Below, piece by piece: positions 18,609 to 29,163 of a stretch of DNA of 64,000 nucleotides. How positions within the stretch are numbered: the stretch's first letter is position 1; every line of letters begins with the position of its first letter. The DNA is taken from IMG/VR virus record IMGVR_UViG_3300030085_004825, positions 32,001-96,000 of that record; one strand, written 5' to 3'. A program made the translations under genes and the position numbers. Source of the DNA: a virus. The notes under the pieces were generated by a model. That model was not told where the DNA came from. It saw only the letters and a list, made by a program, of their open reading frames with translations, and made no database searches.

Positions 18609-19778
18609 ATGGCAACAAACAGAGATTTGCTTAAAGAAGCAATCGCAGATGCTAAAGCTGTAAAAGAAATGGCAATAGCAAACGCTAAAGAAGCTTTAGA
18701 AGAAGCCTTTACACCTCGTTTAAAAGAAATGTTATCTGCTAAAATCCAAGAAATGGAATATGAAGAAGATGATGTTAAAGAAATGAAATCTTACGATGAA
18801 GATGATTCTAAAATGGAAGAAGCTATGCATGACGAAGATGATTCTAAAGATAGTATGGAAGAAATGAAATACGAAGAAGATGATTCTAAAAATAGCATGG
18901 AAGAAGACATAGACGAGATGAATTTGGAAGAACTATTAGCTGAATTAGAAGAAGAAGAAAAAGTGGAAGAAGGAAAAAAATCCGACGACGAAGAAAAAGT
19001 AGAAGAAGGAAAAAAATCCGACGACGAAGAAAAAGAAGATGTTAAAGAAGCTATGGATGAAGAAGATGATGACATGGCTGGTGATGACATGGATGAAGAA
19101 GGAGAACCACTTGATCTTGAGGACATGACTGATGAAGACCTTAAAAAGATGATTGAAGACGTAATCGCTGACATGATTGAATCAGGGGAACTTGAAGCAG
19201 GTGAAGGCGCTGAGGAAGAATCAGAAGAAGAAGGTGAAGAAATGGAAATGTCTGATGAAGAAGAAGTTGATTTAACAGAATTATTGAAAGAAATTGAAGC
19301 AGAAGAAATTTCTGAAAGGAAAAAAAGTAGTGCTAAAAAAGATGCTACTAAAAAAGATGCTGCTGAAGAAGAAGTTGAAGACACTAAGAAAAAGCTTAAA
19401 GAAGCTGAACTTAAAATTGAATCTTTAGAAAATAAACTTCAAGAAAAGGATCTTCAATTAAATGAAGCTGTTAAAGAAACAAATACATCTAACTTGTTAA
19501 ATGCAAAACTTCTTTATTCAAATAAAATTTTCAAGTCTAAAAACTTGAATGAAAGTCAAAAAGTGAAAGTATTAAGTTCGTTTGATAAAGCAAATACCGT
19601 TAAGGAAGCTAAATTAGTGTACGAAACTTTAAGCGAAGGTTTAAAAGTTAAAAAGAACACTATTAAAGAAAACTTAGGTAGAGCTTCTAAAACAACAACA
19701 ATACCAACAACTAAAAAACCAATTGTTGAATCTAACGAAGTATTCGCTAGAATGCAAAAATTGGCAGGTATTAAATAA
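18609..19778 (+). CDS. Prohead core scaffold protein (T4 gp22-like)
   Basis: Extremely acidic coiled-coil protein between protease and MCP; NLLNAKLLY; C-terminal RMQKLAGI. Confidence 0.88.
   Translation: MATNRDLLKEAIADAKAVKEMAIANAKEALEEAFTPRLKEMLSAKIQEMEYEEDDVKEMKSYDEDDSKMEEAMHDEDDSKDSMEEMKYEEDDSKNSMEEDIDEMNLEELLAELEEEEKVEEGKKSDDEEKVEEGKKSDDEEKEDVKEAMDEEDDDMAGDDMDEEGEPLDLEDMTDEDLKKMIEDVIADMIESGELEAGEGAEEESEEEGEEMEMSDEEEVDLTELLKEIEAEEISERKKSSAKKDATKKDAAEEEVEDTKKKLKEAELKIESLENKLQEKDLQLNEAVKETNTSNLLNAKLLYSNKIFKSKNLNESQKVKVLSSFDKANTVKEAKLVYETLSEGLKVKKNTIKENLGRASKTTTIPTTKKPIVESNEVFARMQKLAGIK
18954..19035 (+). repeat. In-frame 36-nt tandem repeat (EEKVEEGKKSDD x2.3)
   Basis: gaagaaaaagtRgaagaaggaaaaaaatccgacgac at 18954 and 18990, partial copy at 19026. 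Confidence 0.85.
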
Positions 19779-19807
19779 ATTTAAAAACGACAAAAACTAA
19801 AAAACAA

Positions 19808-21487
19808 ATGTCAACAATTAATTCATTACTCGAAAACTCTGCAAATAGTTATAAAAACTTGCAGAGCGATGCTGCTAAAATGGCATCAAAATGGGGTAAA
19901 ACCGGATTGTTAGAAGGTCTCGGAGGCGAGATTGAAAAAAACAATATGGCGATGATCCTCGAAAACCAAGCTAAACAGCTTGTAACTGAAGCTTCTGCTA
20001 CTAACCAAGGTGGCGGTACCTTTTCAGTAGGACAAGGTGAACAATGGGCTGGTGTAGCACTTCCATTGGTAAGAAAAGTATTTGGATCTTTATCTACTAA
20101 AGAATTCATGTCTGTTCAACCAATGAACCTACCTTCAGGTCTTGTATTTTTCCTTGATTTCCAATATGGACAACAAAAAGAACTAGACTTCGGTCCTGCA
20201 GGAGATGTTTATACTGCTGGTTCTTCAATGTATGGTAATACTGACCCAGGTGCTAATGCTGACCCATCAGGTGGTCTTTATGGTGCTGGTAGATTTGCTT
20301 ATTCAATTAACCAAAGATCAGCTTCATTAGACGGTACTATTTCTTCAGCTACTTGGGCACAAGTTGATTATGATTCTGCTAAATCTGCTTCTATAGCAGC
20401 AGGAGTTACATATTCAGCGGTTGCTATTGATATGTCAACGTTAACTGGATCTGGTGCTACAAACCCAGATTTTAAAGGAGCTAGAGCATTTACTGCTACT
20501 TCAGCTTCTATTGCTACAACTTCAAATATCTTACCACAATATACTTCTGTTAATGCAGCTACTGGTACTGTAACATTTATTTATGAACAATCTTCAGCTT
20601 CATTTGCTGATTTAGATGAGCCATTCTATGTTACTTATAACCTACAACCAACTGATAACAACAGAGGTGATTTTGAAGATACTACTGGAGGTGGATTCCC
20701 TAATGCTGAATCAACAACTGCTGATCAATTAGCAATCCCTCAAATTGATATCAAAATGAAATCTGAAGCTATTGTTGCTAAAACACGTAAGTTAAAAGCA
20801 CAATGGACACCAGAATTTGCTCAAGATTTGAACGCTTACCAATCTTTGGATGCTGAAGCGGAATTAACTTCAATCATGAGTGAATATATTGCATTAGAAA
20901 TTGATTTGGAAAACTTGGATATGTTGATTCAAGATGCATCTGCTGCTGATGAGTATTGGTATGCACAAAACAATAGAGTTCTAAATGCTAACAGTGATGG
21001 ATATGATAATCCTGGATTCTTTAATACACAAGGACAATGGTTCCAAACTTTAGGAACTAAAATGCAGAAAGTATCTAACAAGATTCACCAAAAGACCCTT
21101 AGAGGTGGTGCTAACTGGTTAGTATGTTCTCCATCAGTTGCTACAGTCCTAGAATCAATTCCTGGATTTGCTTCAACATCTGATGGTGATGCTGCAAAAG
21201 CGTCTTATGCATTTGGTATCCAAAAAGCAGGTAACTTGAATAACCGTTATACGGTTTACAAGAACCCATACATGACTGAAAATGTAATCCTAATGGGTTA
21301 TAGAGGTTCTCAATTCTTGGAAACAGGAGCAGTATTTGCACCATATGTTCCATTAATTATGACTCCTCTAGTATACGATCCAGATACATTTACACCACGT
21401 AAAGGTCTCTTGACTCGTTACGCGAAGAAGATGATTCGACCTGAATTCTTCGGACGTATCTTTGTAAATGATTTACATCAACTATAA
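19808..21487 (+). CDS. Major capsid protein (T4 gp23-like)
   Basis: VQPMNLPSGLVFFLDF, AKTRKLKAQWTPEFAQDL, APYVPL, FTPRKGLLTRY; likely maturation site LVTE/A. Confidence 0.97.
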   Translation: MSTINSLLENSANSYKNLQSDAAKMASKWGKTGLLEGLGGEIEKNNMAMILENQAKQLVTEASATNQGGGTFSVGQGEQWAGVALPLVRKVFGSLSTKEFMSVQPMNLPSGLVFFLDFQYGQQKELDFGPAGDVYTAGSSMYGNTDPGANADPSGGLYGAGRFAYSINQRSASLDGTISSATWAQVDYDSAKSASIAAGVTYSAVAIDMSTLTGSGATNPDFKGARAFTATSASIATTSNILPQYTSVNAATGTVTFIYEQSSASFADLDEPFYVTYNLQPTDNNRGDFEDTTGGGFPNAESTTADQLAIPQIDIKMKSEAIVAKTRKLKAQWTPEFAQDLNAYQSLDAEAELTSIMSEYIALEIDLENLDMLIQDASAADEYWYAQNNRVLNANSDGYDNPGFFNTQGQWFQTLGTKMQKVSNKIHQKTLRGGANWLVCSPSVATVLESIPGFASTSDGDAAKASYAFGIQKAGNLNNRYTVYKNPYMTENVILMGYRGSQFLETGAVFAPYVPLIMTPLVYDPDTFTPRKGLLTRYAKKMIRPEFFGRIFVNDLHQL

Positions 21488-21510
21488 GATATAAATTATA
21501 AAGATTAAAT

Positions 21511-21537
21511 AAGCCTGGCGAAAGCCAGGCTTTTTTT
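21511..21537 (+). terminator. Intrinsic terminator after the MCP gene
   Basis: AAGCCTGGC-GAAA-GCCAGGCTT with T7; immediately followed by ATATGTATA. Confidence 0.92.
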
Positions 21538-21564
21538 GTATATGTATAATCAAATGTTATAATA

Positions 21565-22227
21565 ATGGCTAAATCAAATATAGAAAAAACCCCACCAAAA
21601 GGAGCAGTTAAATTTTCAATAACACTTTCTGAAGAACAAAAATCAGCTAAACAAGCAATGTTTCATCATCCTTATAATTTTATTGTAGGTAAAGCAGGTA
21701 GTGGTAAAACAATGTTAGCATGTCAAGTTGCACTTGATATGTTTTTTAAAAGAATGATAAATAAAATTATTATAACTCGTCCTACTGTTTCAACTGAAGA
21801 CAATGGTTTTTTACCTGGTGATGAAAAAGAAAAAATGGAACCATGGTTAGTACCTATTCGTTCTAATATGAGAAAGGTGTATAATAAACCTGCTATTTTA
21901 GAAAAAATGGAAGCAGATGAAAATATTGAATTAGTTTCTTTAGCTCATTTTAGAGGTAGAACATTTGAAAATTCTGTAGTAATAGTAGATGAATTTCAAA
22001 ATTTAACCCGCTCACAATTAGGAATGGCTTTAGGTAGATTAGGTAAAGGTTCTACAATGATATTTTGTGGTGATAATCAACAAATAGATTTAAAAGATAA
22101 AAATTATTCTGCAATACATGATATGGCAAAAATTGTAGAATCTGAATATGTGTATAAAAGAATTTTACATGATAACCACAGACACCCAGCAATTGATGAA
22201 GTCTTTGAAATGTTAAGTGGGATGTAA
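21565..22227 (+). CDS. phoH: PhoH-family ATPase
   Basis: GKAGSGKT, IIITRP, GFLPGD..EK, RGRTF, IVDEFQN, GDNQQIDL. Confidence 0.95.
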   Translation: MAKSNIEKTPPKGAVKFSITLSEEQKSAKQAMFHHPYNFIVGKAGSGKTMLACQVALDMFFKRMINKIIITRPTVSTEDNGFLPGDEKEKMEPWLVPIRSNMRKVYNKPAILEKMEADENIELVSLAHFRGRTFENSVVIVDEFQNLTRSQLGMALGRLGKGSTMIFCGDNQQIDLKDKNYSAIHDMAKIVESEYVYKRILHDNHRHPAIDEVFEMLSGM

Positions 22228-22263
22228 GTTTTCCAACATTTTTTATATTTATAATAAAAAATA

Positions 22264-22665
22264 ATGGCTGCAGGAAAATATTCTTTTACTATTGAACAAG
22301 GAACTACTACAAATTTTGAAATCCAATATAAAGATTCAAATAACACCCCAGTTGATTTAACTAATTATTCAGGTAGACTGCAAATTAGATCTACTTATGC
22401 TCAAGATAGTGGTGAACTATTTTTAACATTATCATCTTCTTTAAATTCTGATGGAACTGGATTAAATTTTAGTGGTTCAAACGGATCTACTTCCCCCACA
22501 TCAGGATCAATAGGTATTTATATTGCAGCTTGCACTAGTTCAGCTTTAATTTTTAATGAAGCAAAGTACGACCTTGAACTTTATTCAGGAAGTGGTGAAT
22601 GTCCCTTTACTATAAGATTATTAGAAGGGAACGTAAAATTAAGTAAAGAAGTAACTCGAATATGA
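22264..22665 (+). CDS. Virion structural protein (BppU-N-like adaptor)
   Basis: IEQGTT..F, PVDLTNYSGRLQIR, YDLEL, RLLEG.V.LSKEVT pattern; late motif at 22245. Confidence 0.6.
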   Translation: MAAGKYSFTIEQGTTTNFEIQYKDSNNTPVDLTNYSGRLQIRSTYAQDSGELFLTLSSSLNSDGTGLNFSGSNGSTSPTSGSIGIYIAACTSSALIFNEAKYDLELYSGSGECPFTIRLLEGNVKLSKEVTRI

Positions 22666-24329
22666 GTAAAATAAGCATTTCAAGTCAAAATGTCCAAGTA
22701 ACCCCTACAGTTACAGAAAATAAGGTTGAAATAAAAACATCTAACCATAATGATGTTACTATAACTCAACCAAATACTGAAATTGTTGAAATAGTTACAG
22801 GACCACAAGGGGCTAGAGGTCTCCAAGGCCCTTCAGGTTCTCAAGGCCCTTCAGGTTCTCAAGGATTGATTGGTCCCCAAGGTCCTTCAGGTTCTCAAGG
22901 CATCCCAGGCCCAATAGCTAATACAGGTTCATTTGTTACAAATGATCAAACATCTTCAATGTCAGTATTAACTGCTTCATATGCTTTAAATGTTGAAACT
23001 TTTGATCCTTTCCCATATACTGGAAGTGCTATAATTACAGGTAGTTTAGATGTAATAGGACCTGTTACATTAGCTCATGATGGAGGAACTAATTTAACTC
23101 TTGAAACAACTAACACTTATGGAGAAATATCATTCACAGGTAGTGGTGTAGCAAACATAATTAGTAAAGAATCTGATTTACGCCTAAAAGGAGGCTCAGG
23201 AAATCAATTATGGTTAGGTGCTAATGATGTAAATGGGTTATTTAGAATTATTGAAGATGGTAATGCAAATATAAAGGGTGGATTAAGAAATGTTAAAATA
23301 AGAGCAGATGAAGGATTTACTTTAGGTTTAGGAGCAAATAATGTAAATGATATTCTTCTTATTAGTAGCAGTACCACCTCTATCTCAGGATCACAAATTG
23401 TATATGGAAGTACACCTTCTGAACTTGTAAGAATTACTCAAACAGGAACTGGCCCTGCTCTTTTAGTAGAAGACTCAGCAAACCCTGATTCAACCCCAAC
23501 TATCATAACTAAAGATGGGGATGTATTTATAGGATCTGGGTCTGCCCCTGCAACATTAGGAGGGTTAACCCCTAAGCTATATATTAAAAATGGAGATAGT
23601 GGATATGATTCACATTTAGCTATTGATACTGCAATGTTATTTGAAGGGCAAGGAGCTACATATTTTGCAACATTAACCCAAGACTCAGTTGTTGGTGGTT
23701 TTTATATGGGCAGCAATTCAGACCCATTTGGAGCTGTAGTAAGATGGGGATACGATGCTGGTAATTTAGAACTTATAGCTGCATCTGTAGGACATGGTAT
23801 TACATTTCAAGTTGGAAATAAACCAACTGCTTCAATGACATTACAACCTATTAGTAGTGGTACCTCTGACCCAACAGCTGTTTTAAATGTAACAGGAAGT
23901 ATAATAACAAATAATATAACAGCATCAAATAATATTAGTGCTAGTAATATTGTAACAGGTTTAACGGGCTCATTTGGATTATTAACGGGTTTATCTCCTA
24001 TAATAGTTAGAGATCAAATAACATTTGAACAACCTATTACAGCATCATCTAATATAAGTGCAAGTGGAACTATAGAATCTGCAGGTAACATAACAAATGG
24101 AACATCAAGAACCTTATTTACCACAGCAAGTATAGTTTATAGTGGAAGCAATGTTACACAAGTAACACAAAGTTTTGGTGCAACCCAACAAATAACAAAC
24201 ATAATATACTCAGGATCATTTGAAGATGGAAATCCTTTATCAGTATCCGTGACTGGATCAGATGGGGTTAATAAATTATACACTCTAACATATAGCGCAA
24301 GTTTAGTTACACAAATAATACAAAGTTAA
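22662..24329 (+). CDS. Collagen-repeat fibre protein
   Basis: Gly-X-Y run then S/T/G-rich beta-type fibre sequence. Confidence 0.75.
   Translation: MSKISISSQNVQVTPTVTENKVEIKTSNHNDVTITQPNTEIVEIVTGPQGARGLQGPSGSQGPSGSQGLIGPQGPSGSQGIPGPIANTGSFVTNDQTSSMSVLTASYALNVETFDPFPYTGSAIITGSLDVIGPVTLAHDGGTNLTLETTNTYGEISFTGSGVANIISKESDLRLKGGSGNQLWLGANDVNGLFRIIEDGNANIKGGLRNVKIRADEGFTLGLGANNVNDILLISSSTTSISGSQIVYGSTPSELVRITQTGTGPALLVEDSANPDSTPTIITKDGDVFIGSGSAPATLGGLTPKLYIKNGDSGYDSHLAIDTAMLFEGQGATYFATLTQDSVVGGFYMGSNSDPFGAVVRWGYDAGNLELIAASVGHGITFQVGNKPTASMTLQPISSGTSDPTAVLNVTGSIITNNITASNNISASNIVTGLTGSFGLLTGLSPIIVRDQITFEQPITASSNISASGTIESAGNITNGTSRTLFTTASIVYSGSNVTQVTQSFGATQQITNIIYSGSFEDGNPLSVSVTGSDGVNKLYTLTYSASLVTQIIQS
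22800..22913 (+). repeat. Collagen-like Gly-X-Y repeat (GPSGSQ units)
   Basis: GPQGARGLQGPSGSQGPSGSQGLIGPQGPSGSQGIPGP; 18-nt unit caaggYccttcaggttct x3. Confidence 0.9.
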
Positions 24330-24347
24330 TATTTATAATAAAGAATT

Positions 24348-24638
24348 ATGGCAACATACACACTACCAAATGGATCAACATGGAACACCGGTTTAGATTA
24401 TTTTAATCAAACCGACCAAAACGTGTATCAATTTATTAAAGAAGTAGAAACAGCAAATACTCCTGTTAAAACATTTATTTCTGGAGCTAATGCTAATATA
24501 CCAAGAATGACTCAACAACAATGGACTGAGTCTTCATACGACAATTATAACTATATACGCAATACTGTCTACACATACAAGGATAACACATACACTAGAC
24601 AGCATGTAACAGAAACATTTGAAATACAAAGTAAATAA
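24348..24638 (+). CDS. Hypothetical structural protein
   Basis: 96 aa; late motif at 24329. Confidence 0.65.
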   Translation: MATYTLPNGSTWNTGLDYFNQTDQNVYQFIKEVETANTPVKTFISGANANIPRMTQQQWTESSYDNYNYIRNTVYTYKDNTYTRQHVTETFEIQSK

Positions 24639-24640
24639 TT

Positions 24641-26068
24641 ATGGCATGGACATTATCAGGTGATTATTATGTAGACGCAGTAGCCGGTGATGACGGTAAT
24701 GCAGGAACATCTACAGCACCATTTAAAACAATACCTGCAGCAATAGCAGCTGCTGAAGCAGAAGCCTCTGGATATTATGACATCATAGTTGGAGCTGGAA
24801 CATACACAGACAGACTAGTATCTGGAAATAGTTCTAGATACATGTGCCTTAAAGCAGATGGTGAAGTAATATTTGACGCTAGTAGCACCGGCGACAGTGC
24901 ATTTTACAACGGTAAGTTTTGGGTAGTAGAAGGATTTAAAATAATTGATGTTGAACAAGCACTACAAAAATCAACTAGCGATGCAAATCGAGTAAATTTT
25001 CACAAATGCTATATAAAAAATTGTGCTGATTGGTATATAGATTTAACAATGAATGAACTATCATTTTATAACGACACTGGTTGTATATTTGAAAACGTTG
25101 GAAGCACAAACCTAAGCACATCACACTATGCTCGCTATTTTAATTTTTATAATTGTATGTTTATTAATAGTTGGATGCCAGGTTATAGAGATACTGGTGG
25201 TCAGTTTAGTAGTAATACTTATCAACCATCAGCCAATGAATGTGTATTTGTAAACACTGAAAATAATGGAATCACTAATTATTATTCTGGACCAGCTTCT
25301 GTAGCTTATGGAAATGTTAGAAATAGCGTATTTAATGAATTTGCTGTATACAGGGATAAAAACGCCATAAAACGATCAGGATCTGCATTAGCCGAATTCT
25401 TTGACACAGGCAACAACGGCAATTACTGGGAAGCTGGAGCTAAAGTTGTCAGTATGTCATTTAACACAGATATATCTGGATCTAATATGATGTCAGACGC
25501 AATATACACTCTATCTGGTGTTGCATCTAATAAAGATTATTTCCAAAATTCCCGTATGGGTAATACTAGATTTGCTGGTACTAACAACATGGCAACAGCT
25601 TATGGATATCAAGACATTGCATCCAATCCATTTCACACTGCCGGTGGAGCAACTTGGACGAATATTACTGCATCAGATGTAGGAGGCCTACAAATTTCAG
25701 CATCAACTGTACCAACTGGTACAATAGAGTCTGCAGTTATAGATCAAGGGAGTGTTAAAGTTATACGACAAATTAAAACTTCATTTACTTCTACAGAACT
25801 AGGAGCAACAGGTATATCAGTACACACTGCAAGTGTAGACAATAAATTCCCAACCAGACAAACATTTGAAATGCGTTATGGAAATACTTCTGATTTATCT
25901 AGTACTCCATATCAAATATTTGATACTAGTTTACCAACATATATAGATTCAAATGGTAGTGGAAGTGGTGATATAACATTTAACTCTGGTAGTAACTTTA
26001 ATTTTCCAAGTGCAAGATATTTACAACTTAAATTTACATTAAGAACCAACATGACTGGATCAACCTAA
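24641..26068 (+). CDS. Beta-helix (pectin-lyase-like) spike/fibre protein
   Basis: YYVDAVAGDDGNAGTSTAPFKTIPAAI...IIVGAGTY opening motif typical of right-handed beta-helix proteins; NC.F.N repeats. Confidence 0.65.
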   Translation: MAWTLSGDYYVDAVAGDDGNAGTSTAPFKTIPAAIAAAEAEASGYYDIIVGAGTYTDRLVSGNSSRYMCLKADGEVIFDASSTGDSAFYNGKFWVVEGFKIIDVEQALQKSTSDANRVNFHKCYIKNCADWYIDLTMNELSFYNDTGCIFENVGSTNLSTSHYARYFNFYNCMFINSWMPGYRDTGGQFSSNTYQPSANECVFVNTENNGITNYYSGPASVAYGNVRNSVFNEFAVYRDKNAIKRSGSALAEFFDTGNNGNYWEAGAKVVSMSFNTDISGSNMMSDAIYTLSGVASNKDYFQNSRMGNTRFAGTNNMATAYGYQDIASNPFHTAGGATWTNITASDVGGLQISASTVPTGTIESAVIDQGSVKVIRQIKTSFTSTELGATGISVHTASVDNKFPTRQTFEMRYGNTSDLSSTPYQIFDTSLPTYIDSNGSGSGDITFNSGSNFNFPSARYLQLKFTLRTNMTGST

Positions 26069-26547
26069 TGGCAGTAGATGATAGAATATTATTTTATGGT
26101 GCAGCTATACAAAGCGATACTCCTAGATTTTATGGAGCATCTATAGTTGCAGATACACCTCGTTTTTATGGTGCTTCTATAGTTACAAATAATTACATGA
26201 ATGGAGATATACTTGTAATTGATGGGGAAACATCCGAACCTATTAATGGAGCAACCATAACTATAACATCTACACAAACAAATCCTATACATTATGTTGG
26301 AAATTTATCTGGCACAACTAATAGTGATGGTATATTTACAGCAACAGGTTCATCAACAACTGGAACTACCCTAACCATTGAAGCAAATGGATTTACAACA
26401 TATACAGGACCATTAACATCTACAGATTATGATTTTGGATTAACTATACCTTTATTTAAAGGTGGAGGAACATCTAAAAAGATATATACTACAAATAAAG
26501 GTAATATCCTTATTAATCCTAATGATACTGTTCTTATAGAACTCTAG
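26068..26547 (+). CDS. Structural protein with 12-aa repeats and a carboxypeptidase-regulatory-like domain
   Basis: FYGA(A/S)I..DTPR x3, then VIDGETSEPINGATI...TTNSDG.F...IEANGF. Confidence 0.6.
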   Translation: MAVDDRILFYGAAIQSDTPRFYGASIVADTPRFYGASIVTNNYMNGDILVIDGETSEPINGATITITSTQTNPIHYVGNLSGTTNSDGIFTATGSSTTGTTLTIEANGFTTYTGPLTSTDYDFGLTIPLFKGGGTSKKIYTTNKGNILINPNDTVLIEL

Positions 26548-26579
26548 GTTTTTTTTAATATTTATAACAAAATACTAAC

Positions 26580-27734
26580 ATGGCAAATATACCTATATGG
26601 CCAGGATCAAGTAGTTTCTTCCCAGGAGCTACACCTTTTGGCTTTTATGATAATGATTCTCAATTCCAACAAGATACTGATAGATTTGCTAAGTTTGCAG
26701 CTCAACGTTTAGGATATCCTCTTGTAGAAGTTGAATTGCAAGATTTAAATTTTTATACAGCATTTGAAGAAGCGATTACAACTTATGGGAATGAGTTATA
26801 TGCTTATCAAGTAGCAGATAATTTATTGTCTTTTCAAGGTGCTTCTTCCTCTATTGGTCCTGCTAATGAAGAATTACCTCAAGAAAATTTTTCTGAAATA
26901 GTACGTCTTTCTAATCAATATGGAACTGAAGCAGGAGTAGGTGGAACTGTAACATACCATAAAGGAATATTACCTCTAGAACCAGGAAAACAAACTTATG
27001 ATTTAAATGAATGGGCTATAAGTGAATCAATTGAAGGTAGGATTGAAGTTAAACGAGTTTACTATGAAATTTCTCCTGCAATTATGAGATACTTTGACCC
27101 ATATGCAGGCACAGGTGTAGGAATGCAACAAATGATGGATTCATTTGGTTGGGGGTCATTTTCTCCTGCTATCAATTTTATGTTAATGCCTATTAATTAT
27201 GATATGCAAAAAATCCAAGCAATTGAATTTAATGATCAAATTAGAAAATCTCAATATACTTTTGAATTAGTAAATAACCAATTAAAAGTTTTTCCAATTC
27301 CAATACAAAGAAGTATAAAAGCATTATGTTTTCAATATGTTAAATTAAATGATACAAACCAACCTTATTACGATAGAGATGGTAGAGAAATTATAACCAA
27401 CGCTTCTAACGTACCATATGAAAATCCTAACTATACACGCATTAACTCAGTTGGTAGGCAATGGATATTTGAGTATGGTTTAGCAATTGTAAAAGAAATT
27501 TTAGGATATGTTAGAGGAAAATATTCACAAATACCCATCCCTGGATCTGAAGTAACTCTAAACCAATCAGATTTAATTTCTGCTGCAACAGCTGAAAAAG
27601 GAGCATTAATAGAAAGATTAAGAGCATATTTTGAAACAACCTCTCGTAAAACATTACTTGAGAAAAAAGCAGCAGAAGGTGAAGCACAAAATAAAACTTT
27701 AGGGCAAGCCCCTATGACAATTTTTATAGGATAA
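26580..27734 (+). CDS. Neck protein (T4 gp13-like)
   Basis: RLGYPLVEVEL, KEILGYVRGKYS.IPIPG.EVTLN...L motifs; position in the structural cluster. Confidence 0.8.
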   Translation: MANIPIWPGSSSFFPGATPFGFYDNDSQFQQDTDRFAKFAAQRLGYPLVEVELQDLNFYTAFEEAITTYGNELYAYQVADNLLSFQGASSSIGPANEELPQENFSEIVRLSNQYGTEAGVGGTVTYHKGILPLEPGKQTYDLNEWAISESIEGRIEVKRVYYEISPAIMRYFDPYAGTGVGMQQMMDSFGWGSFSPAINFMLMPINYDMQKIQAIEFNDQIRKSQYTFELVNNQLKVFPIPIQRSIKALCFQYVKLNDTNQPYYDRDGREIITNASNVPYENPNYTRINSVGRQWIFEYGLAIVKEILGYVRGKYSQIPIPGSEVTLNQSDLISAATAEKGALIERLRAYFETTSRKTLLEKKAAEGEAQNKTLGQAPMTIFIG

Positions 27735-27735
27735 T

Positions 27736-28245
27736 ATGGCACTATTTGGTACACAACGTGATGTTTCTTTAATAAAAAAAATAAACAGAGAGTTATTAGG
27801 AGATATAATAACTCAACAATGTGCTGTGTATAAACTAAATATTTCCGAAACTAAAGTAAACATATATGGTGAAGCATCAGGAGAAAAATACTATCAAGAT
27901 CCTGTATTATTTAATGTTTTAATTGAAAGAGGTGATCAAACTTATTCTACAGGAGATATGGGTGTTGATTATGGAAGAGAAATGGAGTTTAGGTTCTTTA
28001 GAGATGATTTAGTTGATGCTAGTGTAGTTATGGAACCTGGAGATATTATTATGTACTATGAAGCATATTTTGAAGTAGATAGTGTAGTAGATAACCAACT
28101 ATTTGTTGGTAAAGACCCAAGATATCCATATAATGAAAATCCACTAAACCCAGGACTAGAAAATTTTGGTGCTAATGAATCAATAATATGTAAAACTCAT
28201 CATGTACCTGCTGATAAAGTACAAATTACTAGAGAAAGATTATAA
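27736..28245 (+). CDS. Neck/head-closure protein (T4 gp14-like)
   Basis: NIYGE..K.Y, EPGDII.Y..YFEV pattern; follows the gp13-like gene. Confidence 0.65.
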   Translation: MALFGTQRDVSLIKKINRELLGDIITQQCAVYKLNISETKVNIYGEASGEKYYQDPVLFNVLIERGDQTYSTGDMGVDYGREMEFRFFRDDLVDASVVMEPGDIIMYYEAYFEVDSVVDNQLFVGKDPRYPYNENPLNPGLENFGANESIICKTHHVPADKVQITRERL

Positions 28246-28248
28246 AAT

Positions 28249-29151
28249 ATGCCCCAATCAAGAAAACCTAACCCCAAATCACAAAAAGAAATATCTAATA
28301 ACCAGATAGACCCTTATGTTTTTCCTGAAACAGGGCAAACTCTTGGGAATCCTAATACTCCCTTAGATTATAAACCATTCACTGATAAAAATCAAAGTGG
28401 TTTAGATTTTAATAGATCTGAAAAATTATCTTTAAAAGGTGATAAAGTAAAAAAATTTTCAATAGGTTTACAAGATATAGATGAATCTATAATGTATTAT
28501 TTTAATAATGTAATACGTCCTTTTGTTTATCAAAACACAGACAGAATACCTGTACCTGTAATATATGGTTCCCCTGAAAAATGGAAATCAGTACAAAAAG
28601 ATGGTTATTATAGAGATAAAAATGGAGCTATAATGTCTCCTTTAATAATGTTTAAAAGAGATACAATAGATAAAAATAGATCTTTAGCTAATAAATTAGA
28701 TGCCAATCACCCTCATGTATACACCACCCATAAATCAGTATACAATAAAAAAAATGCTTATTCTAATTTTAATGTTTTAAATAATCGTATACCTACAGAA
28801 CAATTTATAGTAAATGTTGTACCTGATTATGTTACTTTAACTTATTCATGTGTTGTACAAACTTATTATTTTGATCAACTAAATAAAATTTTAGAAGCTA
28901 TTAATTATGCTTCAGATGCATATTGGGGTGACCCTGAACGTTTTAAATTTAAAGCTTCAATAGATAGTTATTCAACAACTGTAGAAGTTTCTGATAATAC
29001 TGATAGAATTGTAAGAGGTAGTTTTTCTATAAAATTGTTTGGGTATATAGTTCCTGATAATATCCAAAAAGAATTAACAGCTATTAAAAAATATAACAGT
29101 AAAAGTAAAATTGTAATAGGGATTGAGTCTGTTGATACTCTTCCTAAATAA
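28249..29151 (+). CDS. Tail terminator/sheath stabiliser (T4 gp15-like)
   Basis: IPVPVIYGSPEKW, VPDYVTLTY...QLNKILE pattern; synteny. Confidence 0.7.
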   Translation: MPQSRKPNPKSQKEISNNQIDPYVFPETGQTLGNPNTPLDYKPFTDKNQSGLDFNRSEKLSLKGDKVKKFSIGLQDIDESIMYYFNNVIRPFVYQNTDRIPVPVIYGSPEKWKSVQKDGYYRDKNGAIMSPLIMFKRDTIDKNRSLANKLDANHPHVYTTHKSVYNKKNAYSNFNVLNNRIPTEQFIVNVVPDYVTLTYSCVVQTYYFDQLNKILEAINYASDAYWGDPERFKFKASIDSYSTTVEVSDNTDRIVRGSFSIKLFGYIVPDNIQKELTAIKKYNSKSKIVIGIESVDTLPK

Positions 29152-29163
29152 TTTTTATAAATT

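Noticed and set aside
18791-19384. 197-aa Ser-rich minus-strand ORF
   Set aside because: Antisense shadow of the GAA/GAT-rich acidic scaffold gene.
18954-26184. 36-nt repeats (scaffold at 18954; ORF 26068) as possible CRISPR repeats
   Set aside because: Directly tandem, in-frame coding repeats with no spacers and no cas genes.
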